From Thermoplasmata archaeon (GTDB lineage: Archaea; Thermoplasmatota; SW-10-69-26; JACQPN01; JAJPHT01), in NCBI GenBank assembly GCA_034667685.1, contig JAXDQU010000111.1:1-23499 (forward strand): a stretch of 23,499 nucleotides of DNA. Direction: 5' to 3'. Positions 8,596 to 16,772 of this stretch are shown in pieces. A program made the position numbers and the translations under genes. Positions within the stretch are counted from its first letter, which is position 1. Each line of letters starts with the position of its first letter. The notes under the pieces are model-generated. The model worked only from the letters and a program-made list of their open reading frames with translations, made no database searches and had not been told where the DNA came from.

Positions 8596-9420
8596 ATGAG
8601 CAGCTACGCGGCGGAAGTCTGGTACAACTTCAAGCGATGGATGATCAAGACGGTGCGCAACCCGTTCGTGATCGGCTTCGGCCTGATCCAGCCCATCATC
8701 TGGCTGCTGCTCTTCCCGAACGCGATGAAGGGCGCGTCGAGCCTCCCGCTCGACTACGTGGTGTGGTTCGCGCCGGTGGTGGCGATCCAGACCGCGCTCT
8801 TCGCGGGCAACGGCAGCGGCATCGGCCTCGTGGAGGACATGCGCATCGGCGTGTTCAACAAGCTCCTGGCGACGCCGATGGACCGCAGCGCGATGTTCGT
8901 GGGCAAGACGCTCGCCGGCGCGGCGACGGTCGCGGTGCAGGTGCTGCTCATCGAGATCCTCGCGGCGATCGTCACGAAGGGCGCCTCGGCGCCCACGGGC
9001 GTGCTCGGGGCGCTGGGCGTCATCGCCATCGGCATCCTGTTCAGCCTCGGCTTCGCGGGGCTCTCGAACATCATCGCGCTGGCGACGAAGAGCACCGAGG
9101 CGACGATCATCATCGGGAACTTCATCCTGCTCCCGCTGCTCTTCGCGTCCGGCGCCTTCGCGCCCCCCGACGTGCTGCCCGGCTGGCTGAAGTTCATCTC
9201 CAGCATCAACCCGGTGAACTACGGCATCGAGGCCGCGCGCCACCTGATGCTGCCGCAGAGCGCGCTCGACTCCGGCATCCCGCTGCCCGGCGGCGGCACG
9301 GGCCACCTCGTGACGCACAGCCTCGCGTTCGACCTCGCGGTCATCGTGGTCTTCGACGCGATCCTCGTGCTGATCGCGGCGATGATGCTGCGGCGCGCGA
9401 CCGCGTCGAAGCCCCGCTAA
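8596..9420 (+). CDS. ABC-2 type permease, DrrB-like
   Basis: QPIIWLLLF, LLATPMDRSAMFVGK, PGWLKFISSINPVNY; follows the ATPase. Confidence 0.93.
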   Translation: MSSYAAEVWYNFKRWMIKTVRNPFVIGFGLIQPIIWLLLFPNAMKGASSLPLDYVVWFAPVVAIQTALFAGNGSGIGLVEDMRIGVFNKLLATPMDRSAMFVGKTLAGAATVAVQVLLIEILAAIVTKGASAPTGVLGALGVIAIGILFSLGFAGLSNIIALATKSTEATIIIGNFILLPLLFASGAFAPPDVLPGWLKFISSINPVNYGIEAARHLMLPQSALDSGIPLPGGGTGHLVTHSLAFDLAVIVVFDAILVLIAAMMLRRATASKPR

Positions 9421-10205
9421 CGCAGCAGGTTGCGCACCATGTTGGCGTGGCTGAACTCCCCGAGGCTGATCCACGTGAGACCGGCCTCGGGGCCGAGCAG
9501 CTCGCGCGCGATGCGGCGCACGCGCAGCCCCTTCTCGCGCAGGGCAAGGGCGCGGCGGCGCAGGTCGTCGAAGTGGTCCGCCGTCTCCAGGAGGCGCTTG
9601 CGCGGCCGCTCCACGATCGGGCCGTGCGCAGGATAGAGCACCGCCGGATCGAGGTCGGCCATGCGGCGCAGGGAGGCGACCTCGGTCACGACGTCCTCTG
9701 CGAGGCGTGCGGCGCGGAACTTGCCCATGTACGCGTCGCCGCTGAAGAGCGCGCCCGTGGCCTCGTCGTGGTACGCGACGTGGTCCGCGCTGTGGCCCGG
9801 CGTGGGCACGACGCGGAAGCCCTCGACGATCCCCTTCGCGGGCTTCGCCTCGATGGCCTTGGCGCGCGGGTAGCCCCAGAAGAACTGGCGGTAGAGCGGA
9901 AAGGGCGGCGTGCCGGAGGCGAGCAGGCGCGCCGCGATCGGGGGCGCGTAGACGACCGCGGCGCGCGGCAGCAGCTCGTGGTTGCCGACGTGGTCCTCGT
10001 GCTCGTGCGTCGTGAGGCACGCGCGGACCGGCGCGCGGGCGAGCCAGCGCGCGAACGCGGCGCGCGCCAGGGGCATCGAGGTGTCGATGATCACGTCACC
10101 GATGCGATAGGCGGAGACCCACGTCTGGAGCTTGCCGGGGACGACGCGCGCGACGTGGTGGCGCTCCACCCCGCCGTGCGTCTCCACGCGCTCCGCGATG
10201 CGCAT
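9417..10205 (-). CDS. Metallo-beta-lactamase fold hydrolase
   Basis: IIDT, THEHEDHVG, TPGHSADH, LFSGD, PAHG. Confidence 0.92.
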   Translation of the reverse strand: MRIAERVETHGGVERHHVARVVPGKLQTWVSAYRIGDVIIDTSMPLARAAFARWLARAPVRACLTTHEHEDHVGNHELLPRAAVVYAPPIAARLLASGTPPFPLYRQFFWGYPRAKAIEAKPAKGIVEGFRVVPTPGHSADHVAYHDEATGALFSGDAYMGKFRAARLAEDVVTEVASLRRMADLDPAVLYPAHGPIVERPRKRLLETADHFDDLRRRALALREKGLRVRRIARELLGPEAGLTWISLGEFSHANMVRNLLR

Positions 10206-10267
10206 CAAGGCACGATGGCAGGTCCCTCCACAAAGGTATTTGTCGCTCCGCCGGGAGACGAAGGCGG

Positions 10268-10651
10268 GTGAAGATCGGCGAGCTCGTCAAGACCTACCGG
10301 CTGATCAACGACCCCGAGGCGCCCAACTGGTCGATCAAGTTCGTGGGCGCGCTCGTCATCGTCGCGGGCATCGTGGCCGTGGTCGCCGGGAGCGTCTGGC
10401 TCTCGCACGGCTCCTCCGCGCCGCATGCCAACGCCGCCTTCGCGAGCACGCAGGCGAACGGCGACGGAAGCCACACAGACTATGTGGGCTACGCGGCCGC
10501 GACGTTCGACCCCAAGCTCGGCTACGCGGCCGGCACGCCCGACGCGCTGCTCAAGGCTTGGAAGGCGCAGCACCCCGGCGCGACGATCCTCGCCGCCGAG
10601 CCGATGATGGCCCAGGGGACGCTCGTGGGCCATCAGGTGACTTGGCGCTGA
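10268..10651 (+). CDS. Single-pass membrane hypothetical protein, 127 aa
   Basis: GTG start with TATTT at 10237-10241; one TM segment FVGALVIVAGIVAVVAGSVWL. Confidence 0.7.
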   Translation: MKIGELVKTYRLINDPEAPNWSIKFVGALVIVAGIVAVVAGSVWLSHGSSAPHANAAFASTQANGDGSHTDYVGYAAATFDPKLGYAAGTPDALLKAWKAQHPGATILAAEPMMAQGTLVGHQVTWR

Positions 10652-11196
10652 GCCCGCATGTGGCGGAGGATCGCGGCATAGCGCTGCGCGAGGTCCGCCG
10701 AGAGCACCACGAACGCGAGGACGAAGAGCCACACGTTCGGGCCCCAGAGGATGCCGTAGAACGTGACGACGACGCCCACGGTCCCCGACGTGCGCGAGAG
10801 GCGGTTGTGCACGCCCAGCGCGCCGAAGACCTTCTGCGAAGTGAAGTTCGCCGCGACGTAGAGGATGCCGAACGTGAGGATGAGCGGGAGGTACGCGAGC
10901 ACCAGATCGGGGCGGAAGAGCCACGCCCAGATCGGCAGGCTCGCGTAGAAGAGCAGGTCGGCCGCGCTGTCGACGTTGGCGCCGAAGCGCGACGCAGTGC
11001 CCAGGTGGCGCGCGAGCGGGCCGTCGAGGATGTCCGTCAGGACGGCGAGCAGGACGAGGATCGCGAAGAGCGGCGCGTCGCGCTTGATCGCGGCGCCGTA
11101 GGTGACGATGACGAAGGCCACGCGCAGCAGCGAGAGCGCGTGCGGGAGATAGCCCACCCAGGCGGCGCGCGCCGGGCGGGCGGGGCTCGTCTCCAC
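10633..11196 (-). CDS. CDP-alcohol phosphatidyltransferase family protein
   Basis: Signature DILDGPLARHLGTASRFGANVDSAAD. Confidence 0.92.
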   Translation of the reverse strand: METSPARPARAAWVGYLPHALSLLRVAFVIVTYGAAIKRDAPLFAILVLLAVLTDILDGPLARHLGTASRFGANVDSAADLLFYASLPIWAWLFRPDLVLAYLPLILTFGILYVAANFTSQKVFGALGVHNRLSRTSGTVGVVVTFYGILWGPNVWLFVLAFVVLSADLAQRYAAILRHMRAQRQVT

Positions 11197-11247
11197 GAGC
11201 GGGGAGGGCGGGGCCCGCTACTTAGCCGCTGCGCTACGCCGCGCGAA

Positions 11248-12393
11248 CTATGGCTCCAGCGTGTACCCCTCGCGGATCGGGAAGTCGGTGGACATCCGGC
11301 CCGCGAAACGGCCCGGATCGAACGCGCTGATATCAACGAGCGGCTGCTTGCGCAGGAGCTTCGCCGCCAGCGCTTCGCCCGCCGCCGGCGCTCGCATGAA
11401 GCCGTGGCCGTTGCCGCCCGCGAGCAGCCAGACCTCGGGCGCATCCGGGTGCGGGCCCGCGAGCAGGAGGCGATCGGGCGTCGCGGCGTCCACGCCGGCC
11501 CATGCGTCGGTCGCCTTCGCCTCGGCGAACGCGGGCAGCCGGCGCGCGAGGCGGCGGCGCGACGCAGCCACGAACGTGGCGTCCGCGTCCTGCTGATATC
11601 GATCCGGGTCCTCGGGCGTCGTCGTCGTGCCGTCGCCCACGAGGAGCTGGCCGGGCCAGTGCGGCCGGAGGTAGAAGCCCTGCACGGCGTCGTGGAGGAT
11701 CGGGACCTCGTGCGCGGCCGGCGCCGCGAAGCGCTGCGCCTGCGTGCGGTACGCCTGGAGCGGCGCGTCGAGCCCGACCTCGCGGAGCAGCGCGCGCGTC
11801 CAGACGCCCGCCGCGAGCACGACCGCGTCGGCGTCCACCCCATCGAGCGCGACGCGCCCCGCGCTCCGGACGAGACGCGCGGGGCGCGCGACCTGCTCGC
11901 GGCCCATCATCTCCAGCGTCATCGCGCGGATCTCGCAGTACATCCGCGGCAGCGCCCACAGGTCGCGCGGATAGTGGACCGCGAGCGCCACGTCGTCGAG
12001 CCGCACCCCTTGATGACGCGGAAGCTTCGCGACGTCCTCCGGCGTCATCACCCGCGCGTCGGCGCCATGCGCGCGCTGGAAGGCCGCCATGCGCTCCGCG
12101 GCGCCGGCGAGACGCTCCGGCACGAGCGTCGTCGAGCCCACGTGGTGGACGTCGTACGCCCAGCCCGCCTCCTTCGTCTCGCGCTCCAGCTCGTCGAGCA
12201 GGGCCATGCTGCGGCGCACCAGCGCCAGGCTCCCGGCGTGCCACATCCCCTCGCACACGAGCCCCGCCCCGCGGCTGCTCGTGCCGGACCCGGCGGAGCG
12301 CTCCTCCACGAGCACGACCTCCGCGCCGCCCTTGGCGAGGTGGTACGCCACCGACGTCCCCATGACGCCCGCTCCGACCACGGCGACCCGCAT
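11248..12393 (-). CDS. FAD-dependent oxidoreductase, DAO/sarcosine oxidase beta family
   Basis: MRVAVVGAGVMG, GTSSRGAG, VVLAAGVWT, WAGVDAATPD, GNGHGFMRAPAAG. Confidence 0.92.
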   Translation of the reverse strand: MRVAVVGAGVMGTSVAYHLAKGGAEVVLVEERSAGSGTSSRGAGLVCEGMWHAGSLALVRRSMALLDELERETKEAGWAYDVHHVGSTTLVPERLAGAAERMAAFQRAHGADARVMTPEDVAKLPRHQGVRLDDVALAVHYPRDLWALPRMYCEIRAMTLEMMGREQVARPARLVRSAGRVALDGVDADAVVLAAGVWTRALLREVGLDAPLQAYRTQAQRFAAPAAHEVPILHDAVQGFYLRPHWPGQLLVGDGTTTTPEDPDRYQQDADATFVAASRRRLARRLPAFAEAKATDAWAGVDAATPDRLLLAGPHPDAPEVWLLAGGNGHGFMRAPAAGEALAAKLLRKQPLVDISAFDPGRFAGRMSTDFPIREGYTLEP

Positions 12394-12419
12394 CGCCCCG
12401 GCCAGCCCGCGGAAACGCC

Positions 12420-12454
12420 AAATAACCGTCCAAAGCCGCTCCAGACTCTTTATA
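12420..12454. promoter_or_regulatory. Divergent archaeal-type promoter region
   Basis: TTATTT on the minus strand (12420-12425) 27-32 nt before ATG 12393; TTTATA on the plus strand at 12449-12454. Confidence 0.6.
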
Positions 12455-12477
12455 CCAGTCCGAATCGGCTGGAGCCC

Positions 12478-12583
12478 GAAGAGCGGCCGGGAAGCCGGCC
12501 CTCTTGGAGCCGTTGCCTCCACAACCCCGGGCGGGTCGCCTCCCACCCCCCATCCCGTTTTCCCGCCCGGGATGACTTTTCTT
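12478..12583 (+). ncRNA. Candidate small structured RNA of unknown family
   Basis: TTTATA about 25 nt upstream, three stem-loops, T-tract at 12577-12583, no credible ORF downstream of the promoter. Confidence 0.5.
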
Positions 12584-12602
12584 GGCGCACTCCGCCAGGT
12601 CC

Positions 12603-12653
12603 GGCCGAACTCCGGTTCGGCCTCGCCGCGCCCTTGCGCGGCGGGCTGCGGCC
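12603..12653. repeat. Hairpin scaffold, copy 1
   Basis: GGCCGAAC-TCCG-GTTCGGCCTC + 19 nt + GGCTGCGGCC; same frame as 12924-12978. Confidence 0.75.
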
Positions 12654-12682
12654 CCTGACGTTGACCATGCTGGGCTGGTCGC

Positions 12683-12773
12683 GGTCAGGTGACTAGACAC
12701 CTGGGAATCCGACGCCACGTCACCTGTCTAGTCACCTGACCCGCCGTGCTCCGACAAGGTGTCTAGTCACCTG
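12683..12773. repeat. Three copies of the REP-like motif CAGGTGACTAGACA
   Basis: Forward at 12686-12699, reverse at 12725-12738 and 12760-12773; 12683-12699 and 12725-12741 form a perfect 17-bp inverted repeat. Confidence 0.88.
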
Positions 12774-12897
12774 CACCACGGCCCCGCCCCGGCGCCTGCC
12801 GAGAGCCAAGGCTCCGCCCGCGCCAGAAACGGATGCAAGAAAAGGGATTGCCGCGCCGGCGCGGAGCATCCGCGCCGACGTGGTTCGAGCGGGCGGA

Positions 12898-13001
12898 TTA
12901 CGCCTGCTTCTTCTTCATCATTCGGCCGAACTGCGGTTCGGCCTCTCATGAAGAAGCGGCAGGCGTTCGGCTGCGGCCTCACGCCTGCTTCTTCTTCATC
13001 A
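12898..13001. repeat. Direct-inverted-direct copy of the PGF-pre-PGF gene 3' end around hairpin scaffold copy 2
   Basis: 12898-12920 matches 12979-13001 at 22/23; inverted 17/19 copy at 12948-12966; hairpin at 12924-12943. Confidence 0.88.
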
Positions 13002-14295
13002 CGACCACGACCGCGATCGCGATCACGGCGAGGACGCCGAGGATCAGGAGCGCGATGCCGAGGCCCGCGAAGCCCGTGCTCGTCGACTGGACGGGCTGGG
13101 CGGCCGCGATGGCGAAGTAGGAGAAGCTGGGCGTCTGGGCGCTGAACGTGTACAGGCCGTTGGCGTCGGGGCCGCCCACGAGCGTCGTCGTGATGGGGAC
13201 CCACTGGCCGTTGACCTGGTGGAGCAGCGTGATGTCCGAGGCGCTCTTGCCCATGGCGAGGAGCTCGGCCTGCGTCACGTGGAAGGTGACGGTGGCGCTC
13301 TGGACGCCGCCGGCGCCGAGGCTCGTCGAGATCTGGAGGATCTTGAGCGCGTTGAAGCTCGTGGCGCCGCTGGACGAGGGGGTGGTGACCTGGAGCGTGA
13401 TCTGCGAGAGCTGCGAGCCCTCGGGGACGTTGATGGCGCTCTGGGTCGCGTCGGTGGGCAGGTACTCCTGGACGCTGACCTGGACGTTGCTGCCGTCCGC
13501 GCCGGGGACGATGCTGACGGAGCCGACGTGGCGCTGCGCCTCGGCGTTCGCGAGCACCGTGTTGAGGAGCTGCGGGTTCGAGGTGATCGCCTGGCGGGCC
13601 TGGTCGTTCTGGAGCAGGTTGCCCATGGCGGCCGCGTTGTGCGACATCGCGTCGAGGACGCTCGGGTTGTTGACGACGGCGTTGATCAGCGCGGTGGCGC
13701 TGCCGCTCTCCTGGAGCATGCTGGTGACGGCGGTCGGGTTGGACGCGATGGTCGCCGCGAACGCGTTGTCGCTGCCCATCTGGCTCGTGACGGCCGCGCG
13801 GACGTCCGCGTTGGAGAGCGCAGCGCCGGCGCCGAGGCCGGAGGAGAGGATGGCGTTGAGCGCGGTCGGGTTGCCCAGGATCGCGGCGCGGCTGCTGGCG
13901 TCCGCGAGCAGGGTGTTGAGGGCTGCGGGGGCCGAGGCGAGCTGCTGGAGCTGCGTGGGGTCGCTGAGCGCGGCGCTGAGGGACGCGTGGTCGCTGACCA
14001 GGTTCGCCACGACGCTGTCGGGGATGACCGACGCGGTCTCGAGGGGCGTGGAGCTGGGGGTGTCGAAGTTCAGCGTCACGGGCTGGCCCTGGTGGACGTT
14101 GCCCACGGGGAGGGTGACGGTGACGGGGCCGGAGACGGGCGTGCTGGGCACCTGGATGGTGTAGCCGGTCCCGGCGCCGCCGACCTGGCCGAGCACGCCG
14201 CTCGCGACCAGGATGGTGGGCACGATGAGAAGGAACGCCAGCGCCGCGGTGGCGGTCGTGGCGAGCGCGAAAGTCTTGGTGGGAACCTGGGCCAT
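12979..14295 (-). CDS. Cell-surface protein with PGF-pre-PGF domain, helical NP repeats and C-terminal TM anchor
   Basis: N-terminal hydrophobic segment; ATVTFHV...GQWVPITT...FSAQTPSFSYFAI; TGF-TM-KKK tail. Confidence 0.85.
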   Translation of the reverse strand: MAQVPTKTFALATTATAALAFLLIVPTILVASGVLGQVGGAGTGYTIQVPSTPVSGPVTVTLPVGNVHQGQPVTLNFDTPSSTPLETASVIPDSVVANLVSDHASLSAALSDPTQLQQLASAPAALNTLLADASSRAAILGNPTALNAILSSGLGAGAALSNADVRAAVTSQMGSDNAFAATIASNPTAVTSMLQESGSATALINAVVNNPSVLDAMSHNAAAMGNLLQNDQARQAITSNPQLLNTVLANAEAQRHVGSVSIVPGADGSNVQVSVQEYLPTDATQSAINVPEGSQLSQITLQVTTPSSSGATSFNALKILQISTSLGAGGVQSATVTFHVTQAELLAMGKSASDITLLHQVNGQWVPITTTLVGGPDANGLYTFSAQTPSFSYFAIAAAQPVQSTSTGFAGLGIALLILGVLAVIAIAVVVVMKKKQA

Positions 14296-14356
14296 GCTCC
14301 AGCCTCTACGGGCCGGTCGACCCACTCAGCCATGATAAGCGTTCTGGAGGACAGCT

Positions 14357-15331
14357 TCAGACGTGGAAGCGCGCCGCCAACAGGGGCATCACGAGGAACA
14401 GCATCGAGTTCGTGATGCCGTGGCTGATGGAGACGCCCACCAGGCTTCCCGTCCGGCGGACGGTGAAGCTGTAGAGGAAGCCGACGGAGCCGACGAAGAG
14501 GACGTCGAGCCAGCTCTCCCAGCCGGTGTGGAGCACGGCGAAGAGGAGGCTGACGAAGACGATGCCCGGGAGCCAGCCCATCGCCTCGCCGGCGTAGCGC
14601 TGGAGCATGCCGCGGAAGAGCAGCTCCTCCATGAGGCCGGTGGAGACGAACAGGATCACGATGGGCGCCGCGAGGCTGCGCAGCCCGAGCTGCTGGACCA
14701 GCGCGCCCGGGTGGAGGATGTGCCACTCGGCGTAGCCCAGGACGAAGCCGAAGAGCGCGATGCCGGCCTCCAGGGGCCAGTGGCGGCGCTCCGGAAGGCG
14801 GAGGCCGAGGCTCTTCAGCTCGGGCTTCAGTAGACGGATCGACGCCACGATGCCGGCGTACAGGATGATCGCCAGGATGGAGAACCACTGGATGTAGGAG
14901 AACTCCGCGAGCGGGCTCGTGAGCGAGACGATGCGGATCAGCGGAACGGGCAGCATCGCCACCTCCAGGCGCGCGAGGGGCGCGTTGAGGCGGCGCACGA
15001 GCGGCGCGTGGGTGCCCAGGACCACGAGCGCGAGGCCATGGAACCCGATGGAGAGGCCCGCGGCCGTGTGCGCGGACATCGAGAGGCGCAGGAAGGGGAG
15101 GGCGAGCGGGAGGACCTGGCTGACCTCGCCGCAGGCGATCACCGCGAAGATGACGGCGATGGTGGGCCAGGTGCGGGAGAAGGGCGTCTGGGCGAGGCGG
15201 CCTTCGAGCGTCGGCGCCTTGCTGCGGCCCAGGACCGTCATGGACGCCAGCGGGCGCTGGTCCTTGACCCCCACCACGTCGAACTGGGTCGTCGTGACCA
15301 TTCGGATCCCGGGAGCGTCCTGGGGGGGCAT
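14357..15331 (-). CDS. CPBP family (CAAX/Abi) intramembrane glutamic endopeptidase
   Basis: EELLFRG, FAVLH, HGITN; the start may instead be 15301 or a later Met. Confidence 0.9.
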   Translation of the reverse strand: MPPQDAPGIRMVTTTQFDVVGVKDQRPLASMTVLGRSKAPTLEGRLAQTPFSRTWPTIAVIFAVIACGEVSQVLPLALPFLRLSMSAHTAAGLSIGFHGLALVVLGTHAPLVRRLNAPLARLEVAMLPVPLIRIVSLTSPLAEFSYIQWFSILAIILYAGIVASIRLLKPELKSLGLRLPERRHWPLEAGIALFGFVLGYAEWHILHPGALVQQLGLRSLAAPIVILFVSTGLMEELLFRGMLQRYAGEAMGWLPGIVFVSLLFAVLHTGWESWLDVLFVGSVGFLYSFTVRRTGSLVGVSISHGITNSMLFLVMPLLAARFHV

Positions 15332-15370
15332 GGATATCGGGAGTTGGGGTACGCGCCTTGGCCGGGGGCG

Positions 15371-15658
15371 CTACATGCGCACGTTGAGGACGGGCTCTTC
15401 GCGCTCCGCCGGGTCGAAGTGGCGGTGGACACGCTCCAGGTCGGCGACCAGCATGCCGCCGCGCTCGGTGATCTTGTAGCCGCCGCGGACCGCGTCGGCC
15501 TCGATGAAGCTGCGCTCCAGGAGGAAGTCCAGGTACCGGGTCAGCATCTCGTACGACAGGTTGGCGCCGTACATGATGCGGGTCTTCTTCTCGCCCTTCC
15601 GGACCAGGCGGAGGATGTCGAGGGTGATGGCCACGTCGCTTCGCTTTCCGCCCAACAT
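15371..15658 (-). CDS. ArnR1-like winged-helix transcription regulator
   Basis: KRSDVAITLDIL...KKTRIMYGANLSYEMLTRYLDFLLE...YKITERG. Confidence 0.9.
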   Translation of the reverse strand: MLGGKRSDVAITLDILRLVRKGEKKTRIMYGANLSYEMLTRYLDFLLERSFIEADAVRGGYKITERGGMLVADLERVHRHFDPAEREEPVLNVRM

Positions 15659-15769
15659 GGAGGTCCGCTCTAGAACACTCCAACGACCGTCCGACAATAA
15701 GTGTTTCTCACGTTGCGTCGAGACAACGCCGTCGTTTTGTGGTGCGCGGCTGAATCTGGACGTTGAACC

Positions 15770-16300
15770 TTAGCGCAGACCCAGCGGCGCGTTGCAGCCG
15801 GTGCATCGGGTGCGGAGGGGGCGCTGGCCGGTGTCCTCGACCGCGTTCACCGTCTGGCAACGGGGGCACCGGAGCTTGACAATCCGGACGGGTTGGGGCT
15901 TGGGCTGAGGCTGGGGGCTGGCGGCTGGCGCCGCCAGCGGCACGATCCCCTCCGCGCCGCAGACCGGGCAGTGGGCCATCAGCGGGCGGACGAGCGTGTC
16001 GGCGACGCGGAACTGCGTGCCGCAGGTCCCGCACCGGATCTCGTAGACGTCCTCGTCGAGCACCGGCGCCTCGTCCGCGAGCAGGTACTCCTCCGTCTCG
16101 CGCCCGGGCCGCGCGGCGCGACCCCCGAAGACCAGGTACGCCTCGGCCGTGCCCAGCAGCAGGACGACCACGATCAGGCCGAGGAAGGCGTTGCGGTCCT
16201 GGCCGCCGCGCAGCGCGAAGAGCGCGACGCCCGCGACGAGGACGAGCGCGGAAAGGCCGAGCACGACCAGCGAGAGCGTCCGCCGCGTGTCGCCTTCCAT
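15770..16300 (-). CDS. Membrane-anchored double zinc-ribbon protein
   Basis: Two N-terminal TM helices; CGTC/CPVC and CPRC/CTGC pairs joined by a Pro/Gln linker. Confidence 0.85.
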   Translation of the reverse strand: MEGDTRRTLSLVVLGLSALVLVAGVALFALRGGQDRNAFLGLIVVVLLLGTAEAYLVFGGRAARPGRETEEYLLADEAPVLDEDVYEIRCGTCGTQFRVADTLVRPLMAHCPVCGAEGIVPLAAPAASPQPQPKPQPVRIVKLRCPRCQTVNAVEDTGQRPLRTRCTGCNAPLGLR

Positions 16301-16308
16301 CGGGGACC

Positions 16309-16668
16309 TCAGAGGTTGATGCCGACGATCCAGACCGCCAGGCCCGTGAAGAGGATCATGAACAGCGAGCCGAAGGTCGCGCGCACCGAGGTGACGTCCT
16401 CGGGATATTTGAGCGCCTGGAGCACGGGGCGGAAGCCCAGGACCGCGGCCAGGATCGGGATCCAGCCCAGCGCCCAGTTGGCGCCGCCCATCACGAGCCA
16501 GAGCACCGCGGCCAGCGCGCCGCCCACCGCCCCGAGGCCGAGCGCCACGAAGGCCGCGCGCGCCCCGAGCACCTCGCGGCGGACGAAGGCGCCCTCGTCG
16601 AACTCGGGGAGCTGGAACTCGTAGCCCGCTTCGCCCGGCTCGGCCTCTTCGCGCTTCGACTTCGACAT
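16309..16668 (-). CDS. Small membrane protein, 119 aa
   Basis: MSKSKREE...YEFQLPEFDEGAFVRRE followed by three hydrophobic helices; 8 nt from the next gene. Confidence 0.8.
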   Translation of the reverse strand: MSKSKREEAEPGEAGYEFQLPEFDEGAFVRREVLGARAAFVALGLGAVGGALAAVLWLVMGGANWALGWIPILAAVLGFRPVLQALKYPEDVTSVRATFGSLFMILFTGLAVWIVGINL

Positions 16669-16772
16669 GGGGATGGGTCGCGCAAGCTGGGGGGCGTAGA
16701 AGAGGGTTTCGGGGTGGTGCCGGAGGGCGAGGGCGAGGAAGAGGGCGCGGCGCGATCGCGAGGACGTTTGCC

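Noticed and set aside
9417-10205. Beta-lactam resistance gene
   Set aside because: Generic cytoplasmic MBL-fold hydrolase with no signal peptide and no class B lactamase-specific features
12594-12604. SRP RNA helix-8-like GCCAGGTCCGG
   Set aside because: The expected continuation (AAGGAAGCAGC-like) is absent
12683-12773. Mini CRISPR array
   Set aside because: Units are only 14-17 nt, in mixed orientation, with short spacers and no cas genes
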